From: Candidatus Aenigmatarchaeota archaeon
GTDB taxonomy: Archaea; Aenigmatarchaeota; Aenigmatarchaeia; GW2011-AR5
Assembly (NCBI GenBank): GCA_016198685.1
Contig: JACQID010000006.1
Span: 1-64,000, forward strand
Length of the DNA: 64,000 nucleotides
Reading direction: 5' to 3'
The translations under genes were made by a program, and so were the position numbers. How positions within the stretch are numbered: position 1 is the first letter of the stretch; each line of letters opens with the position of its first letter. Of the stretch, positions 29,743 through 39,793 are shown piece by piece. Under the pieces are notes generated by a model. It was not told the origin of the DNA. It ran no database searches and saw only the letters and a list, made by a program, of their open reading frames with translations.

Positions 29743-29906
29743 TCCAGCGCATTTTTAAGCGTTTGGAGTCCGGGGCGAATATGAGGAAAGTGCCAAATAA
29801 AGAATATGATCTAGTTTGCTGTAGAACACCACGCTCGGAAGATGTACGAAGTATTCAAAATAAGTAAACAAAAATCGGTAGTAAATCCGGGAAAGCGAAG
29901 ATAATA

Positions 29907-30299
29907 CTATGCTACTTGGCATACTACTTTTGCTTTTGATTCCGGCATTTCATCTTCTATAGGCTTAACCACAATGGGCTCTTTTTCAATTGCTTTATTT
30001 CTATAAACTGCCTGGAATGACACCCGAACTTCTATTTCCTTATTTTCTATCTTGGCCTCAAACTGCCATTTCTTTACATTTTTAAGGGAAATTTTTGGCA
30101 ATCTAAAGAATTTTGAGGCGTCTTCTATCTGCAATCCCGTGATAAAATCCTCCTCGTCTATATCCAAGGTAAGCTGACCCACTTCTATTGATTTGACATA
30201 ATTTCTGTTCTTTGTTTTGAAAAATAATATGTCATTTAGATAGTCGTAGTCAAACTCTCCCTTCCCCCTCAAAACTTTACTTTCCGTCATAAAAATCAT
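29907..30299 (-). CDS. DUF2283-like protein (putative antitoxin)
   Basis: DYDYLNDILFF...SIEVGQLTLDIDEEDFITGLQIEDAS. Confidence 0.75.
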   Translation of the reverse strand: MIFMTESKVLRGKGEFDYDYLNDILFFKTKNRNYVKSIEVGQLTLDIDEEDFITGLQIEDASKFFRLPKISLKNVKKWQFEAKIENKEIEVRVSFQAVYRNKAIEKEPIVVKPIEDEMPESKAKVVCQVA

Positions 30300-30622
30300 C
30301 TTGGTAGCTGTTTTTTGTCCAGCACTTTCATCGTAATCATATCTATTCTTGCAGCCTTAAAACTTAAAACAACTTTCAGTGCCAATTGCCCCTTATAATC
30401 ATAGAAGGCGGCATAGTTGCTATTGGCCTGATATGTCACCTTTATTGGTATAGAATTAAAAAGAAACCCTTTAATAGTCTCTTTAAAATCCGGCTTTTGT
30501 TTTTCGTTTAACCTAAATAACGAATGATTTGTGGGATTGAATTGATCCTCTTTGTATCCTTTGACGAGCGCTACAAACTGATCGATATCTATGGATTTAA
30601 CCTTTGCATAGCCCTTAACCAT
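30296..30622 (-). CDS. putative toxin partner (DUF4258-like)
   Basis: TNHSLFRL motif. 4-bp overlap with the DUF2283 gene. Confidence 0.45.
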   Translation of the reverse strand: MVKGYAKVKSIDIDQFVALVKGYKEDQFNPTNHSLFRLNEKQKPDFKETIKGFLFNSIPIKVTYQANSNYAAFYDYKGQLALKVVLSFKAARIDMITMKVLDKKQLPR

Positions 30623-30763
30623 CTCTATGATTAGGCGATAATACGATTAAATATCTTAAGCCGTCAATATCTGCACGATTTACAAAATTGCACTATAACT
30701 ATTCTGAATAACCACTCTTCACTGCTATCCCATCCAATAAAAAGCCTCCCCGCCACTATTCTT

Positions 30764-31426
30764 ATGGATTTTCAGTTATCCCCTTCTTCCATCAACCTCA
30801 TGTTCGAGTGCCAGAAATGCTTCTGGCTTCAAATAGTCAAAAAGCAAAGGCGACCTTCCGGGGCGTTTCCGTCCCTGCCTTCGGGCATGGACAGGATTCT
30901 CAAGGAGCATTTCGACCGCTTCGCGACCAAAGGCGAACTGCCGCCGGAACTCAGGGGCAACGGGCACGCCAATGGCATGACGCTGTTCAACGACATGTCT
31001 ACCTTGAATGCATGGCGAAACAACAGGAAGGGGATCATGCACACGGACGCAGCGTCAGGCGTCCTGCTCCGCGGAGCCGTGGATAACATACTCACAAAAG
31101 ACGGAAAGCTCATAGTTCTGGACTACAAAACCCGCGGCTACCCCCTGAAAGACGACACCCACGAGCACTATGCCAGCCAGATGCACTTATACAACTTCCT
31201 GCTCACCCAGAACGGCCACGATACCGAGGATTTTGCGCTCCTGCTTTTCTACCACCCCAAGACCGTGACGGAGGCCGGAGAAGTTCTGTTCAACACCGAC
31301 CTTGTCCGGATGCCTTCAAGCGCCAAGGAGGGGGAGCGGATATTTCGGAGGGCGATTTCTCTTCTTGGAAGCGACGAGCCGGGCTCCGCCCAGGATTGCG
31401 GGTTTTGCGGGTGGCGGGGCAATTGA
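30764..31426 (+). CDS. PD-(D/E)XK nuclease (RecB-like)
   Basis: LSPSSINL..CQKCFW, LRGAVDNI...LIVLDYKT, QMHLY, C-terminal CGFC. Confidence 0.85.
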   Translation: MDFQLSPSSINLMFECQKCFWLQIVKKQRRPSGAFPSLPSGMDRILKEHFDRFATKGELPPELRGNGHANGMTLFNDMSTLNAWRNNRKGIMHTDAASGVLLRGAVDNILTKDGKLIVLDYKTRGYPLKDDTHEHYASQMHLYNFLLTQNGHDTEDFALLLFYHPKTVTEAGEVLFNTDLVRMPSSAKEGERIFRRAISLLGSDEPGSAQDCGFCGWRGN

Positions 31427-31460
31427 AAGGCTTAAAGAATAATTATTATATATTCTTTAT

Positions 31461-34241
31461 ATGACAATAGCACGCCCTGAGGATAAGGCTCGACATGATA
31501 TTATAAATCCCGCATTAAAAGCGGCGGGTTGGGAAATACAACACTATAAGACTGCGAATCCGCGCAGTTCAAAGGGTGTGGTCATAGAATTCTTTCAGAT
31601 GGGCAAAGATGTGGGAGAAGCAGACTATGTTCTATTCGTCAACGGCGTTGCTGTAGGTATTTTAGAAGCCAAGAAAGAAGGAGAGACTCTCACAGGCAAG
31701 GAATTTCAGTCTAAGAAGTATGCCACGGGCTTTCCAGAAGATTTCAGGTGCATAGACACCCCCTTGCCATTTGTATATGAGTCCAGCGGCAATGAGATCA
31801 GATTCACAAATTTATGGGACATTAAGCCTCGAAGTCGAGAATTATTTGCTTTCCATAAACCAGAAACTCTAGAAACGTGGGTGAAACAAGGAAGAGAGAC
31901 CCTTCGCAGTCGTCTTTCTAAAAAATACCCTATGGAGAACAAAAGACTTTGGCCCGTACAAAAAGAAGCCGTAGTGAATACCGAAAAATCTTTGAGTTGG
32001 GCAAAACCGCGTGCGTTAATACAAATGGCCACTGGTTCCGGAAAAACGTATACGGCCGTCGAGCTTTGCTATCGTCTCGTAAAAAATGTCAGAGCCAAAC
32101 GAATCCTGTTTCTTGTAGATAGAAGAAATTTAGGGGAACAAACACTCCAAGAATTCCAAAATTATGAAGCACCTAATGACAGGAGAAAATTTACAGAGCT
32201 ATATCCTGTTCAGCATTTATCAACAAATAAAATAGACGACTCAAGCAAAATATGCATAGCGACCATTCAACGTGTTTATTCTATGCTGAAGGGGGAGAAA
32301 GATTTCGATACTGAAAACGAGGAAAAAACGTCATTTGACGACAGTTATCCTACAGAGCCCGTATCTGTCGCCTACAACCGCAGAATACCTATAGAAACTT
32401 TTGATTTTATTATAGTTGATGAGTGCCACCGATCTATATACAACTTATGGAGACAGGTTCTGGAATACTTCGATGCATTCACTATAGGTCTCACTGCAAC
32501 ACCTTCTAAAACCACTATCGGCTTCTTTAACAATAATCTTGTCATGGAATATGGCCATGAACAGGCCGTTGCGGACCAGATAAACGTAGATTTCAGCGTT
32601 TATGACATACGGACAAAGATAACAAAACAGGGATCTAGGATTCCTAAAGGCGAAACCGTACTGAAAAGGGACATGAGAACGAGAAAGAAGCGATGGGAAT
32701 CGCTGGAGGACGACGTGGTTTATACCAAAGAACAGCTCGACCGAGCGGTGGTAGCCCGGGATCAGATAAGAACTATTATACGGACGTTCAGGGATAAAGT
32801 AAAAACCGAGATATTCCCGGGAAGAAAACATGTGCCAAAAACCTTGATATATGCCAAAGACGACAATCATGCGGATGAAATCGTCCAGATTATAAGGGAA
32901 GAGTTTAACGAAGGCAATGATTTTGCCATAAAAATTACGTATAAAACAGAGGGTCAGAAACCGGAAGATCTTATCAGGCAATTTAGGAATGAGTTCAATC
33001 CAAGAATAGCAGTTACGGTAGATATGATCGCCACCGGTACTGACATCAAACCGCTGGAAATTGTCTTCTTTATGCGTCAAGTAAAAAGCAGGAACTACTT
33101 CGAGCAGATGAAGGGAAGAGCCGTGAGGGTAATGAAGAATGATGACTTTATGACGGTTACTCCAGATGCCACCGCGAAAGAACGGTTTGTAATTGTAGAC
33201 GCGGTAGGGGTGTGCGACAACGAAAATTTGAATGAAACAACACCACTAGAACAATACCCCGGGATGTCATTCTCCAAACTAGTAAAGATACTACAGTACG
33301 GTAAACCCAAAAAAGAGCATATGTCATCCATGGCTAGCAGGCTGTCTAGGCTGCAAAAGAAGCTTACGGAAACGCAAATAAATGAAATCACGAGCTTGAC
33401 CGGTGGGAAAGCACTGACAGATTTTGCCAGAGCTTTTGTTGACTCCATAGACGAAGATAAAATATACGAGGCGGCGCAACAACAATTCGGAAAAGAAGGT
33501 GAGAAAGACGCGTATACGCCTCTAAAAAGGGAATTAGACGAGGTTACTGGAAAGAGAATCCTCGATTCCCTTAAACCGTTTATAGGAAATGCCAAATTGA
33601 TGTCCAGACTTCCGGAAATTAAGAAGGAAGTAGAACAGATAATAGACACCGTTTCTCTGGATGTCGTAGAAGAAGCCGCATATTCTCCCATCGCCACGGA
33701 AAAAGCCAAGGAAATTGTAACATCATTTAGAAGCTTCATCCAAAACAATAGAAAAGAATTAACCGCTATTCAGATATTCCATAATAAGGGCAAACTTCAT
33801 TGGAAAGACCTGAGAGAACTTTCTGACAAGATAAGGACTCACCCTTATTTCCTGACAGAATCGAAGCTCTGGCAAGCATACCAACAACTGGAACACAAAA
33901 AAGTAAAGGGAGCTAGCACTAATAAAATAGCGGATTTCATCTCACTTCTAAGCTTTGAACTGAAGAAAACGCCAGAGCTGGAACCGTATTTAGACACAGT
34001 AGACAAACGCTTTGCCGAATGGCTCGGACGACAGAAAGAAGCAGGCGTGGAATTCACCCAAGAACAGCTAACATGGCTGAAAAAACTAAAAGACCATATA
34101 TCAACATCAATAGAAGTCCTGCCGGAAGACCTTGAAGACCCGCCTTTCAATCAGATGGGCGGCTTAGGCAAAGCCAGCAAGGTTTTCAAGAACCTGAACG
34201 ACACACTGGAGGACTTGAATGAGGAAGTTGGTGGAGTATGA
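31461..34241 (+). CDS. hsdR: type I restriction enzyme R subunit (EcoEI/EcoAI-like)
   Basis: ADYVL...ILEAKK, MATGSGKT, VDECHRS, GLTATP, TVDMIATGTD, EQMKGR. Confidence 0.95.
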   Translation: MTIARPEDKARHDIINPALKAAGWEIQHYKTANPRSSKGVVIEFFQMGKDVGEADYVLFVNGVAVGILEAKKEGETLTGKEFQSKKYATGFPEDFRCIDTPLPFVYESSGNEIRFTNLWDIKPRSRELFAFHKPETLETWVKQGRETLRSRLSKKYPMENKRLWPVQKEAVVNTEKSLSWAKPRALIQMATGSGKTYTAVELCYRLVKNVRAKRILFLVDRRNLGEQTLQEFQNYEAPNDRRKFTELYPVQHLSTNKIDDSSKICIATIQRVYSMLKGEKDFDTENEEKTSFDDSYPTEPVSVAYNRRIPIETFDFIIVDECHRSIYNLWRQVLEYFDAFTIGLTATPSKTTIGFFNNNLVMEYGHEQAVADQINVDFSVYDIRTKITKQGSRIPKGETVLKRDMRTRKKRWESLEDDVVYTKEQLDRAVVARDQIRTIIRTFRDKVKTEIFPGRKHVPKTLIYAKDDNHADEIVQIIREEFNEGNDFAIKITYKTEGQKPEDLIRQFRNEFNPRIAVTVDMIATGTDIKPLEIVFFMRQVKSRNYFEQMKGRAVRVMKNDDFMTVTPDATAKERFVIVDAVGVCDNENLNETTPLEQYPGMSFSKLVKILQYGKPKKEHMSSMASRLSRLQKKLTETQINEITSLTGGKALTDFARAFVDSIDEDKIYEAAQQQFGKEGEKDAYTPLKRELDEVTGKRILDSLKPFIGNAKLMSRLPEIKKEVEQIIDTVSLDVVEEAAYSPIATEKAKEIVTSFRSFIQNNRKELTAIQIFHNKGKLHWKDLRELSDKIRTHPYFLTESKLWQAYQQLEHKKVKGASTNKIADFISLLSFELKKTPELEPYLDTVDKRFAEWLGRQKEAGVEFTQEQLTWLKKLKDHISTSIEVLPEDLEDPPFNQMGGLGKASKVFKNLNDTLEDLNEEVGGV

Positions 34242-35509
34242 TAGAAGCTATCTTAGTGTCTAAAGACTATGGTCTAAAGCTATGGGATATACCTTCCTCG
34301 TGGAATTGGAAAATAATGAAGGAAATATCTATAATAAAATCCGGTTCTACACCTTCTACTATCCGTCCCTTTTATTGGGGAGGTGAAATAGCTTGGATTA
34401 CTCCCGACGATTTATCGAAGCTGAAGGGCAAGTATATATCTAAAGGTAAAAGAAACATAACAAAAAAAGGGTATGAAAATTGTTCTACGCAACTTCTTCC
34501 AAAAGGCGCAGTAATTTTATCATCAAGAGCCCCTATAGGCTACGTTGCTATAGCGTCTAATGAGCTATGCACAAATCAAGGATGTAAAAGTTTCATATTA
34601 AACGAAGATGTCTTATCTGAATATGTTTATTATTACTTAATTCTCGGAAAAGAATTTGCTGAAAAGCTGGGCAGCGGAACAACGTTTAAAGAGATAACGT
34701 CTAAGAGGTCAGAACTTATTCCTATACCCATACCTTCTACATATGAAGAACAACAACTAATCGTTTCCGAAATAGAAAAGCACTTTTCCCGTTTGGACCA
34801 GTCCATAGCGGCGCTGAAGGCGGTAAAGCGAAAGCTGGCGGTTTACAGAAAGAGTGTGCTGAAGACGGCTTTTGAAGGGAAGTTGATAGAGTTTGATAAG
34901 AACCATATAGCCAAACTCCAAGATATAATTAATGACATTTGCTCTGGCTATGCTTGCGGTAAGTATAAAATATCAGGAGATGGTATAATTCACTTTAGAC
35001 CTTATAACATTACTGCACAAGGTGAAATGTCACTCGAAAGGAAAAAAATAGTAGACCCACAGTTCTCATTAAAAAGGTTGGAATATGGAGACGTGGTCTT
35101 CAACAATACGAATAGCCAAGAGCTTGTAGGGAAAACATGTTTTTATGACGGAAAGGAAAAGGTGGGGTTCTCTAATCATATGACAAGGATACAAACAAAT
35201 CTAAACCGTATAGACCCTAACTTTTTATCACTTTATCTTCATCAGCTTTATGTCAAAGGCTTTTATTATAGCGTTATGAAGAATCATGTTAACCAATCAA
35301 GTGTAGGCATTGATATCTTAAAAAATATAGACGTTCCCACCCCGTCCGTTGATATTCAAAATAAAGTTGTCCAAGAAATAGAATCCCACTTCTCGATAAT
35401 AGACAAAATAGAAGAAGTTGTGGAAAACTCATTAAATAAAGCACAAACTCTCAGAAAGGCGATACTAAAACAGGCTTTTGAAGGTAAGTTAGTGAAGGTG
35501 GAAGAATGA
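34238..35509 (+). CDS. hsdS: type I RM specificity subunit
   Basis: Two TRDs with repeated P.P....Q..IV.EIE..FS and LKxAFEGKL spacers. Confidence 0.95.
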   Translation: MIEAILVSKDYGLKLWDIPSSWNWKIMKEISIIKSGSTPSTIRPFYWGGEIAWITPDDLSKLKGKYISKGKRNITKKGYENCSTQLLPKGAVILSSRAPIGYVAIASNELCTNQGCKSFILNEDVLSEYVYYYLILGKEFAEKLGSGTTFKEITSKRSELIPIPIPSTYEEQQLIVSEIEKHFSRLDQSIAALKAVKRKLAVYRKSVLKTAFEGKLIEFDKNHIAKLQDIINDICSGYACGKYKISGDGIIHFRPYNITAQGEMSLERKKIVDPQFSLKRLEYGDVVFNNTNSQELVGKTCFYDGKEKVGFSNHMTRIQTNLNRIDPNFLSLYLHQLYVKGFYYSVMKNHVNQSSVGIDILKNIDVPTPSVDIQNKVVQEIESHFSIIDKIEEVVENSLNKAQTLRKAILKQAFEGKLVKVEE

Positions 35510-36078
35510 ACAATCCTGTTTATGCGAAAATAAAAGAAGATATAGCGGAAGAACTAGAACATAACAAAAAATATCTAAATGACTTAGAATCTGAGCCTAT
35601 AGAAGTTTCAAAGACTTTAGTACAAAAATCAAAAGAGATAATGGTTATTGTGTGTAAAATTCTTGAGGATGATACAGATAAGACAATAATAGTTAATCCT
35701 ATGATAGGAGTATCCTACGAGTTATTAATTAAAGCAATTTTACTACGAAAGGGGTTGAATATTAAAAAAGACAATAATATAACAATTTCTTTTCGAGATT
35801 GTAGAAATGAATTAAGTCAATTTCTTAACAACTTTAACCCAAGACAAATAGAAAGAATATTAGATGTGATAGATTTAGTGATAGCACGCCGAAATAATGA
35901 CGCACACTTATTTTATTCTGGATTTTCATTTTATAGGCAACCGTACCAGATATTTTGTACTTATAGCGTTTTACTGAAAACATTCTTCCCGGAGTACTAC
36001 TCCGAATCCGACTTTAGTAGATGCCTTGAGATTTTTAAAGTAAAAGACGCTATTGATTATGAAGAGGTTTTTTTATGA
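35506..36078 (+). CDS. HEPN-domain protein
   Basis: GVSYELLIKAIL helix and RRNNDAH (Rx4H) motif. Confidence 0.7.
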   Translation: MNNPVYAKIKEDIAEELEHNKKYLNDLESEPIEVSKTLVQKSKEIMVIVCKILEDDTDKTIIVNPMIGVSYELLIKAILLRKGLNIKKDNNITISFRDCRNELSQFLNNFNPRQIERILDVIDLVIARRNNDAHLFYSGFSFYRQPYQIFCTYSVLLKTFFPEYYSESDFSRCLEIFKVKDAIDYEEVFL

Positions 36079-36260
36079 GCTTAACCGACTTTGCACAGGC
36101 TACATTCTGGGGGGCAGTAGTGATATTCGCAGGATTAACTTACTATTTTTGGTTCGTTGCTGAACCGAGATCCTTAATTAACGGACTTGGTTCCTTAGGT
36201 TTTATGCTATTCATAGCTTGGCTTGGTCTCAAAATCAAAAGTAATGGGGGTAGCGCATGA
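36075..36260 (+). CDS. 61-aa two-TM membrane protein
   Basis: Two hydrophobic helices. ATGA overlaps at both ends. Confidence 0.65.
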   Translation: MSLTDFAQATFWGAVVIFAGLTYYFWFVAEPRSLINGLGSLGFMLFIAWLGLKIKSNGGSA

Positions 36261-37717
36261 CCGACTCAAAACAAATCGTCCAGAAATTATGGAACTACTG
36301 CAACATATTGCGAGATGATGGCCTGTCCTACGGAGATTACGTAGAACAACTCACATATCTGCTGTTCCTAAAGATGGATGATGAGAGGACAAAGGCTCCT
36401 TACAACAAAAAGTCGGATATTCCTAAAAAATACAACTGGCAGTCACTTCTTGAAAAAGAAGGCACTGAGTTGGAAACTCATTATATAGAAACTTTGCAGG
36501 AGCTGGGCAAAGAAGAAGGTATTATAGGCGTCATATTCCGAAAAGCCCAGAATAAGATACAAGACCCTGCCAAGCTCAGAAAGCTTATAGTGGAGCTGAT
36601 AAATAAGGAAAACTGGCTTAGCCTTGAAGCTGACGTCAAGGGGGATGCTTACGAAGGGCTTCTGGAAAAGAACGCTGCTGACACAAAAGGCGGGGCGGGG
36701 CAATACTTTACGCCAAGGCCTCTCATTAACACTATTGTAGAAGTGATGAAGCCGAAACACGGCATGAAAATACATGACCCGGCTTGCGGAACAGGCGGTT
36801 TTCTGCTGTCGGCGTATAATTACATCGTTAAAAACTACAGAATGGACCGGGATCAGAAAGAAGAATTAAAGCACAGAACATTTAGCGGTAACGAAATAGT
36901 ACCCATGGCCGCTAGGTTGTGCGTAATGAACCTATATTTGCATGGGGTGAATGGGGAGGAAAATCCCATCAGTCTGGACGATTCGTTGAAGAAAAATTCT
37001 GGCCCTATATACGATATGGTGCTCACCAATCCCCCATTCGGTAAAAAGTCTTCTGAAACTATCGTAACTGACGAAGGAGAAAGTAGAAAACAGACTCTTA
37101 CTATCCTAAGAGATGACTTCTGGGCAAAGACCGCCAATAAACAGCTGAATTTCCTCCAGCATGTAAGAAGTATACTAAAGATCAACGGCAGAACAGCAAT
37201 AATTTTGCCCGATAATGTTCTTTTTGAGGGTGGTGCCGGAGAAACGGTTCGCAGAAAGCTCATGGAAACCTGTGATTTGCACACGCTTCTTAGACTGCCT
37301 ACTGGTATATTCTATGCGCAGGGCGTCAAGGCTAATGTCTTGTTTTTTGATAAAAAGGCGGCTTCGAAAGATCATATCACTTCAAAAATATGGATATACG
37401 ACATGAGGACTAACAAGCATTTCACGCTAAAGGAAAGTACACTAAAATATGAAGATTTGGACGATTTCGTGAAGTGTTATAATCCTGATAACCGCCATGC
37501 CCGGAAAGAAACCGAGCGCTTCAAATGTTTTACATACGAGGATATAACAAAAAGAGATAAAGCGAATTTAGATATAATCTGGATTAAAGATGAAAGTTTA
37601 GATGATTTGGATAAGCTTCCGGAGCCGGACGTGGTCGCCAACGAAATTGCAGAAGATCTGGAAGATGCTTTGGAGCAATTGAACGAGATACGAAGTGATT
37701 TGAATGCGAAAAAATAA
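36257..37717 (+). CDS. hsdM: type I RM N6-adenine methyltransferase
   Basis: GQYFTPRP, HDPACGTGGFL, TNPPFG, LRLPTGIFYAQGVKAN. Confidence 0.96.
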   Translation: MTDSKQIVQKLWNYCNILRDDGLSYGDYVEQLTYLLFLKMDDERTKAPYNKKSDIPKKYNWQSLLEKEGTELETHYIETLQELGKEEGIIGVIFRKAQNKIQDPAKLRKLIVELINKENWLSLEADVKGDAYEGLLEKNAADTKGGAGQYFTPRPLINTIVEVMKPKHGMKIHDPACGTGGFLLSAYNYIVKNYRMDRDQKEELKHRTFSGNEIVPMAARLCVMNLYLHGVNGEENPISLDDSLKKNSGPIYDMVLTNPPFGKKSSETIVTDEGESRKQTLTILRDDFWAKTANKQLNFLQHVRSILKINGRTAIILPDNVLFEGGAGETVRRKLMETCDLHTLLRLPTGIFYAQGVKANVLFFDKKAASKDHITSKIWIYDMRTNKHFTLKESTLKYEDLDDFVKCYNPDNRHARKETERFKCFTYEDITKRDKANLDIIWIKDESLDDLDKLPEPDVVANEIAEDLEDALEQLNEIRSDLNAKK

Positions 37718-38072
37718 AGTCGCCAATGGAACAAGTTTTCCGTCTAAATCTGATGTTATAGCTGCGTTAAAAGACGGGGAGAAATTATCGGGCTTCAAAC
37801 AGCATATACTCGTCATAGAGTATAAACGCATTAATCATCATCTTGGTGTTATAATAGGCGAATTACAAGAGAACGGACGTACTATACTGAGAGGCAAAGT
37901 AACCCAATCTCCTTCATCGTCGCAAAATACTTTTGATTGGAATATAATTCCCGATGGGAAAAGCTTCTTCACGGCTTTTGCGCTTGACAGCAAGGAAGAA
38001 ACACTCATAGAGACCCTCCGTCAGGGGCTCGATCAAAGTTTAAAAGAAGGCAGGCTCCCATTTTTGAGGTGA
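37704..38072 (+). CDS. hypothetical protein
   Basis: Follows hsdM in the same direction. Confidence 0.5.
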   Translation: MRKNKVANGTSFPSKSDVIAALKDGEKLSGFKQHILVIEYKRINHHLGVIIGELQENGRTILRGKVTQSPSSSQNTFDWNIIPDGKSFFTAFALDSKEETLIETLRQGLDQSLKEGRLPFLR

Positions 38073-38073
38073 T

Positions 38074-38286
38074 ATGATGGGCGGAAAAAGTATAGCTGCG
38101 CGGGCTGCCAATGAGAAGGCAAGATATAGAATAGCCAATCAGTCTATGAAGACTTATATGGAAGAGAAAGCTGCTCATGAACGAGGGCCTATAACTACGG
38201 ATAAGGTGGAATGTAAGGCGTGCGGGTTTAAGGCCCGGTACCAGTTCGTGCGGTGCCCGGAGTGTGGGGAAGTTCGAAAGGACTAA
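38074..38286 (+). CDS. small zinc-ribbon protein
   Basis: CKAC...CPEC. GAGGTGA ribosome-binding site upstream. Confidence 0.65.
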   Translation: MMGGKSIAARAANEKARYRIANQSMKTYMEEKAAHERGPITTDKVECKACGFKARYQFVRCPECGEVRKD

Positions 38287-38927
38287 AAACGGTGTTTCCA
38301 ATATCAAATGTTGCTATATTTCTAAGAACGCAGGCGTGTCGTAATTATTTTCGTGATTTAATTTTGAAATTAATAGATAGTAAAATTGGAAATGACATAA
38401 TACTTTGTTCTGGATTTTTCCAAGAACAGCATGGTAAAAGTTTGTATAAAATTTCAACAGAGGGTGATTTGGCAACTAGACTACATAGAAGCAATGTGAG
38501 CATTTCGGTTCTAGGTATATATAACAATATGTGGTTGCAATCTTACATATATTTCGTTTCCTCTTTAAGAGGTGCGGGAGTGAAAGTAAATGCCTATAAA
38601 ACCAGCAATTTGCGCTGGCACGCCAAATTATTCATTTTCAAACGCAATAATTCGCCGCTATTGGCTATCATAGGAAGTAGTAATATGACTAGGCCGGCAT
38701 TCGGCCTGTCACATACCTTATTTAATTATGAATGCGATGTCGTACTGTGGGATTCCAATCATGTAGCTCTGAATAAATTTATCACTAATTTTTTCCAAGA
38801 ATCTGAAGGTAAGCAAGATATTGTTTTAAGCGAATACGACTCTAGTTTTAGTGGTCTATCCATTCCGGATATATTAAAACGCTTAGAGAATGAATTGAAC
38901 ATTGAACAATATGAAATACTCCCTTAA
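38253..38927 (+). CDS. PLD-superfamily (HKD) nuclease
   Basis: WHAKLFIF...IIGSSNMT...NYECDV. The true start is probably slightly downstream. Confidence 0.8.
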   Translation: MPGVWGSSKGLKTVFPISNVAIFLRTQACRNYFRDLILKLIDSKIGNDIILCSGFFQEQHGKSLYKISTEGDLATRLHRSNVSISVLGIYNNMWLQSYIYFVSSLRGAGVKVNAYKTSNLRWHAKLFIFKRNNSPLLAIIGSSNMTRPAFGLSHTLFNYECDVVLWDSNHVALNKFITNFFQESEGKQDIVLSEYDSSFSGLSIPDILKRLENELNIEQYEILP

Positions 38928-38932
38928 TTTAA

Positions 38933-39793
38933 TCATGTGTGAGCACAAATGGGAATATTTTGCATATTTTCAATATTCATATTATTTGAAAATATCATCA
39001 ATTCGATTCCTTTTGTAGTTTTTCCGGCGGTATAATTCAACTTGAATGACCGTTTCCTATACAATCTATAGAGTTTTGATATTGCATTCACATTATCGTA
39101 TGTAATAATCCATTTGTGATTAGTTATATTTTTCATCTTTTCAGATATTTTAGCATGATCGTCCTGATCATAGTGATTCATGTATAGATTCTCACCTTTG
39201 ATGTAATAAGGGGGGTCAAAATAAATAAGTGTCTTAGACGGCAAACTGTCACTGAGATTTTCAATGAGTTCGATCGCATCTATATTGTAGAGCTTTATTT
39301 TATCTTTAAAATCTTCAATGCGTTTTATACGTTTTATTAGATCCGATTTATTATAACGCGCATCTATTTTCCATTTACCATTTTGTGCTATGCCACCTAT
39401 TGGTCCGCCATTTAATATTCCAGAAATATTAGTTCTATTAAGGAAAAACGTGGAGAACCCCAATTTTAAAACATCGTCAGTTTTCGCGGACTGGATATTT
39501 TTTTGTCTTTTCCATTCGTCTACTGTGACTGGGAGTTTCTTAATCATACTACAAAATTCTTCTGTTTTATTCAGTACGGAGTACCAAAACGCGTATATTG
39601 AAGAGTCTATGTCATTTATTATTATATTTTGAACAACACCGTCAAAAAGAAGTGATAAGGCCGCGCCGGCCCCGCCCGCGTATGGTTCGACATACGTACC
39701 ACCCACTAAATCATTTTCTGCGATTAGCTTTCTTATGAATGGTACTATCTTGGTTTTACCACCAGGATATCTAAGAGGCGAATAATATGTCAT
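38933..39793 (-). CDS. Dam-like DNA adenine methyltransferase
   Basis: SPLRYPGGK, YVEPYAGG, IYFDPPY. Start set at MTYYSP, giving an ATGA overlap with the upstream gene. Confidence 0.92.
   Translation of the reverse strand: MTYYSPLRYPGGKTKIVPFIRKLIAENDLVGGTYVEPYAGGAGAALSLLFDGVVQNIIINDIDSSIYAFWYSVLNKTEEFCSMIKKLPVTVDEWKRQKNIQSAKTDDVLKLGFSTFFLNRTNISGILNGGPIGGIAQNGKWKIDARYNKSDLIKRIKRIEDFKDKIKLYNIDAIELIENLSDSLPSKTLIYFDPPYYIKGENLYMNHYDQDDHAKISEKMKNITNHKWIITYDNVNAISKLYRLYRKRSFKLNYTAGKTTKGIELMIFSNNMNIENMQNIPICAHT

Noticed and set aside
29783-29794. GAGGAAAGTGCC, resembling the RNase P RNA 5' P4 strand
   Set aside because: No complementary 3' P4 strand or GC-rich helices nearby.
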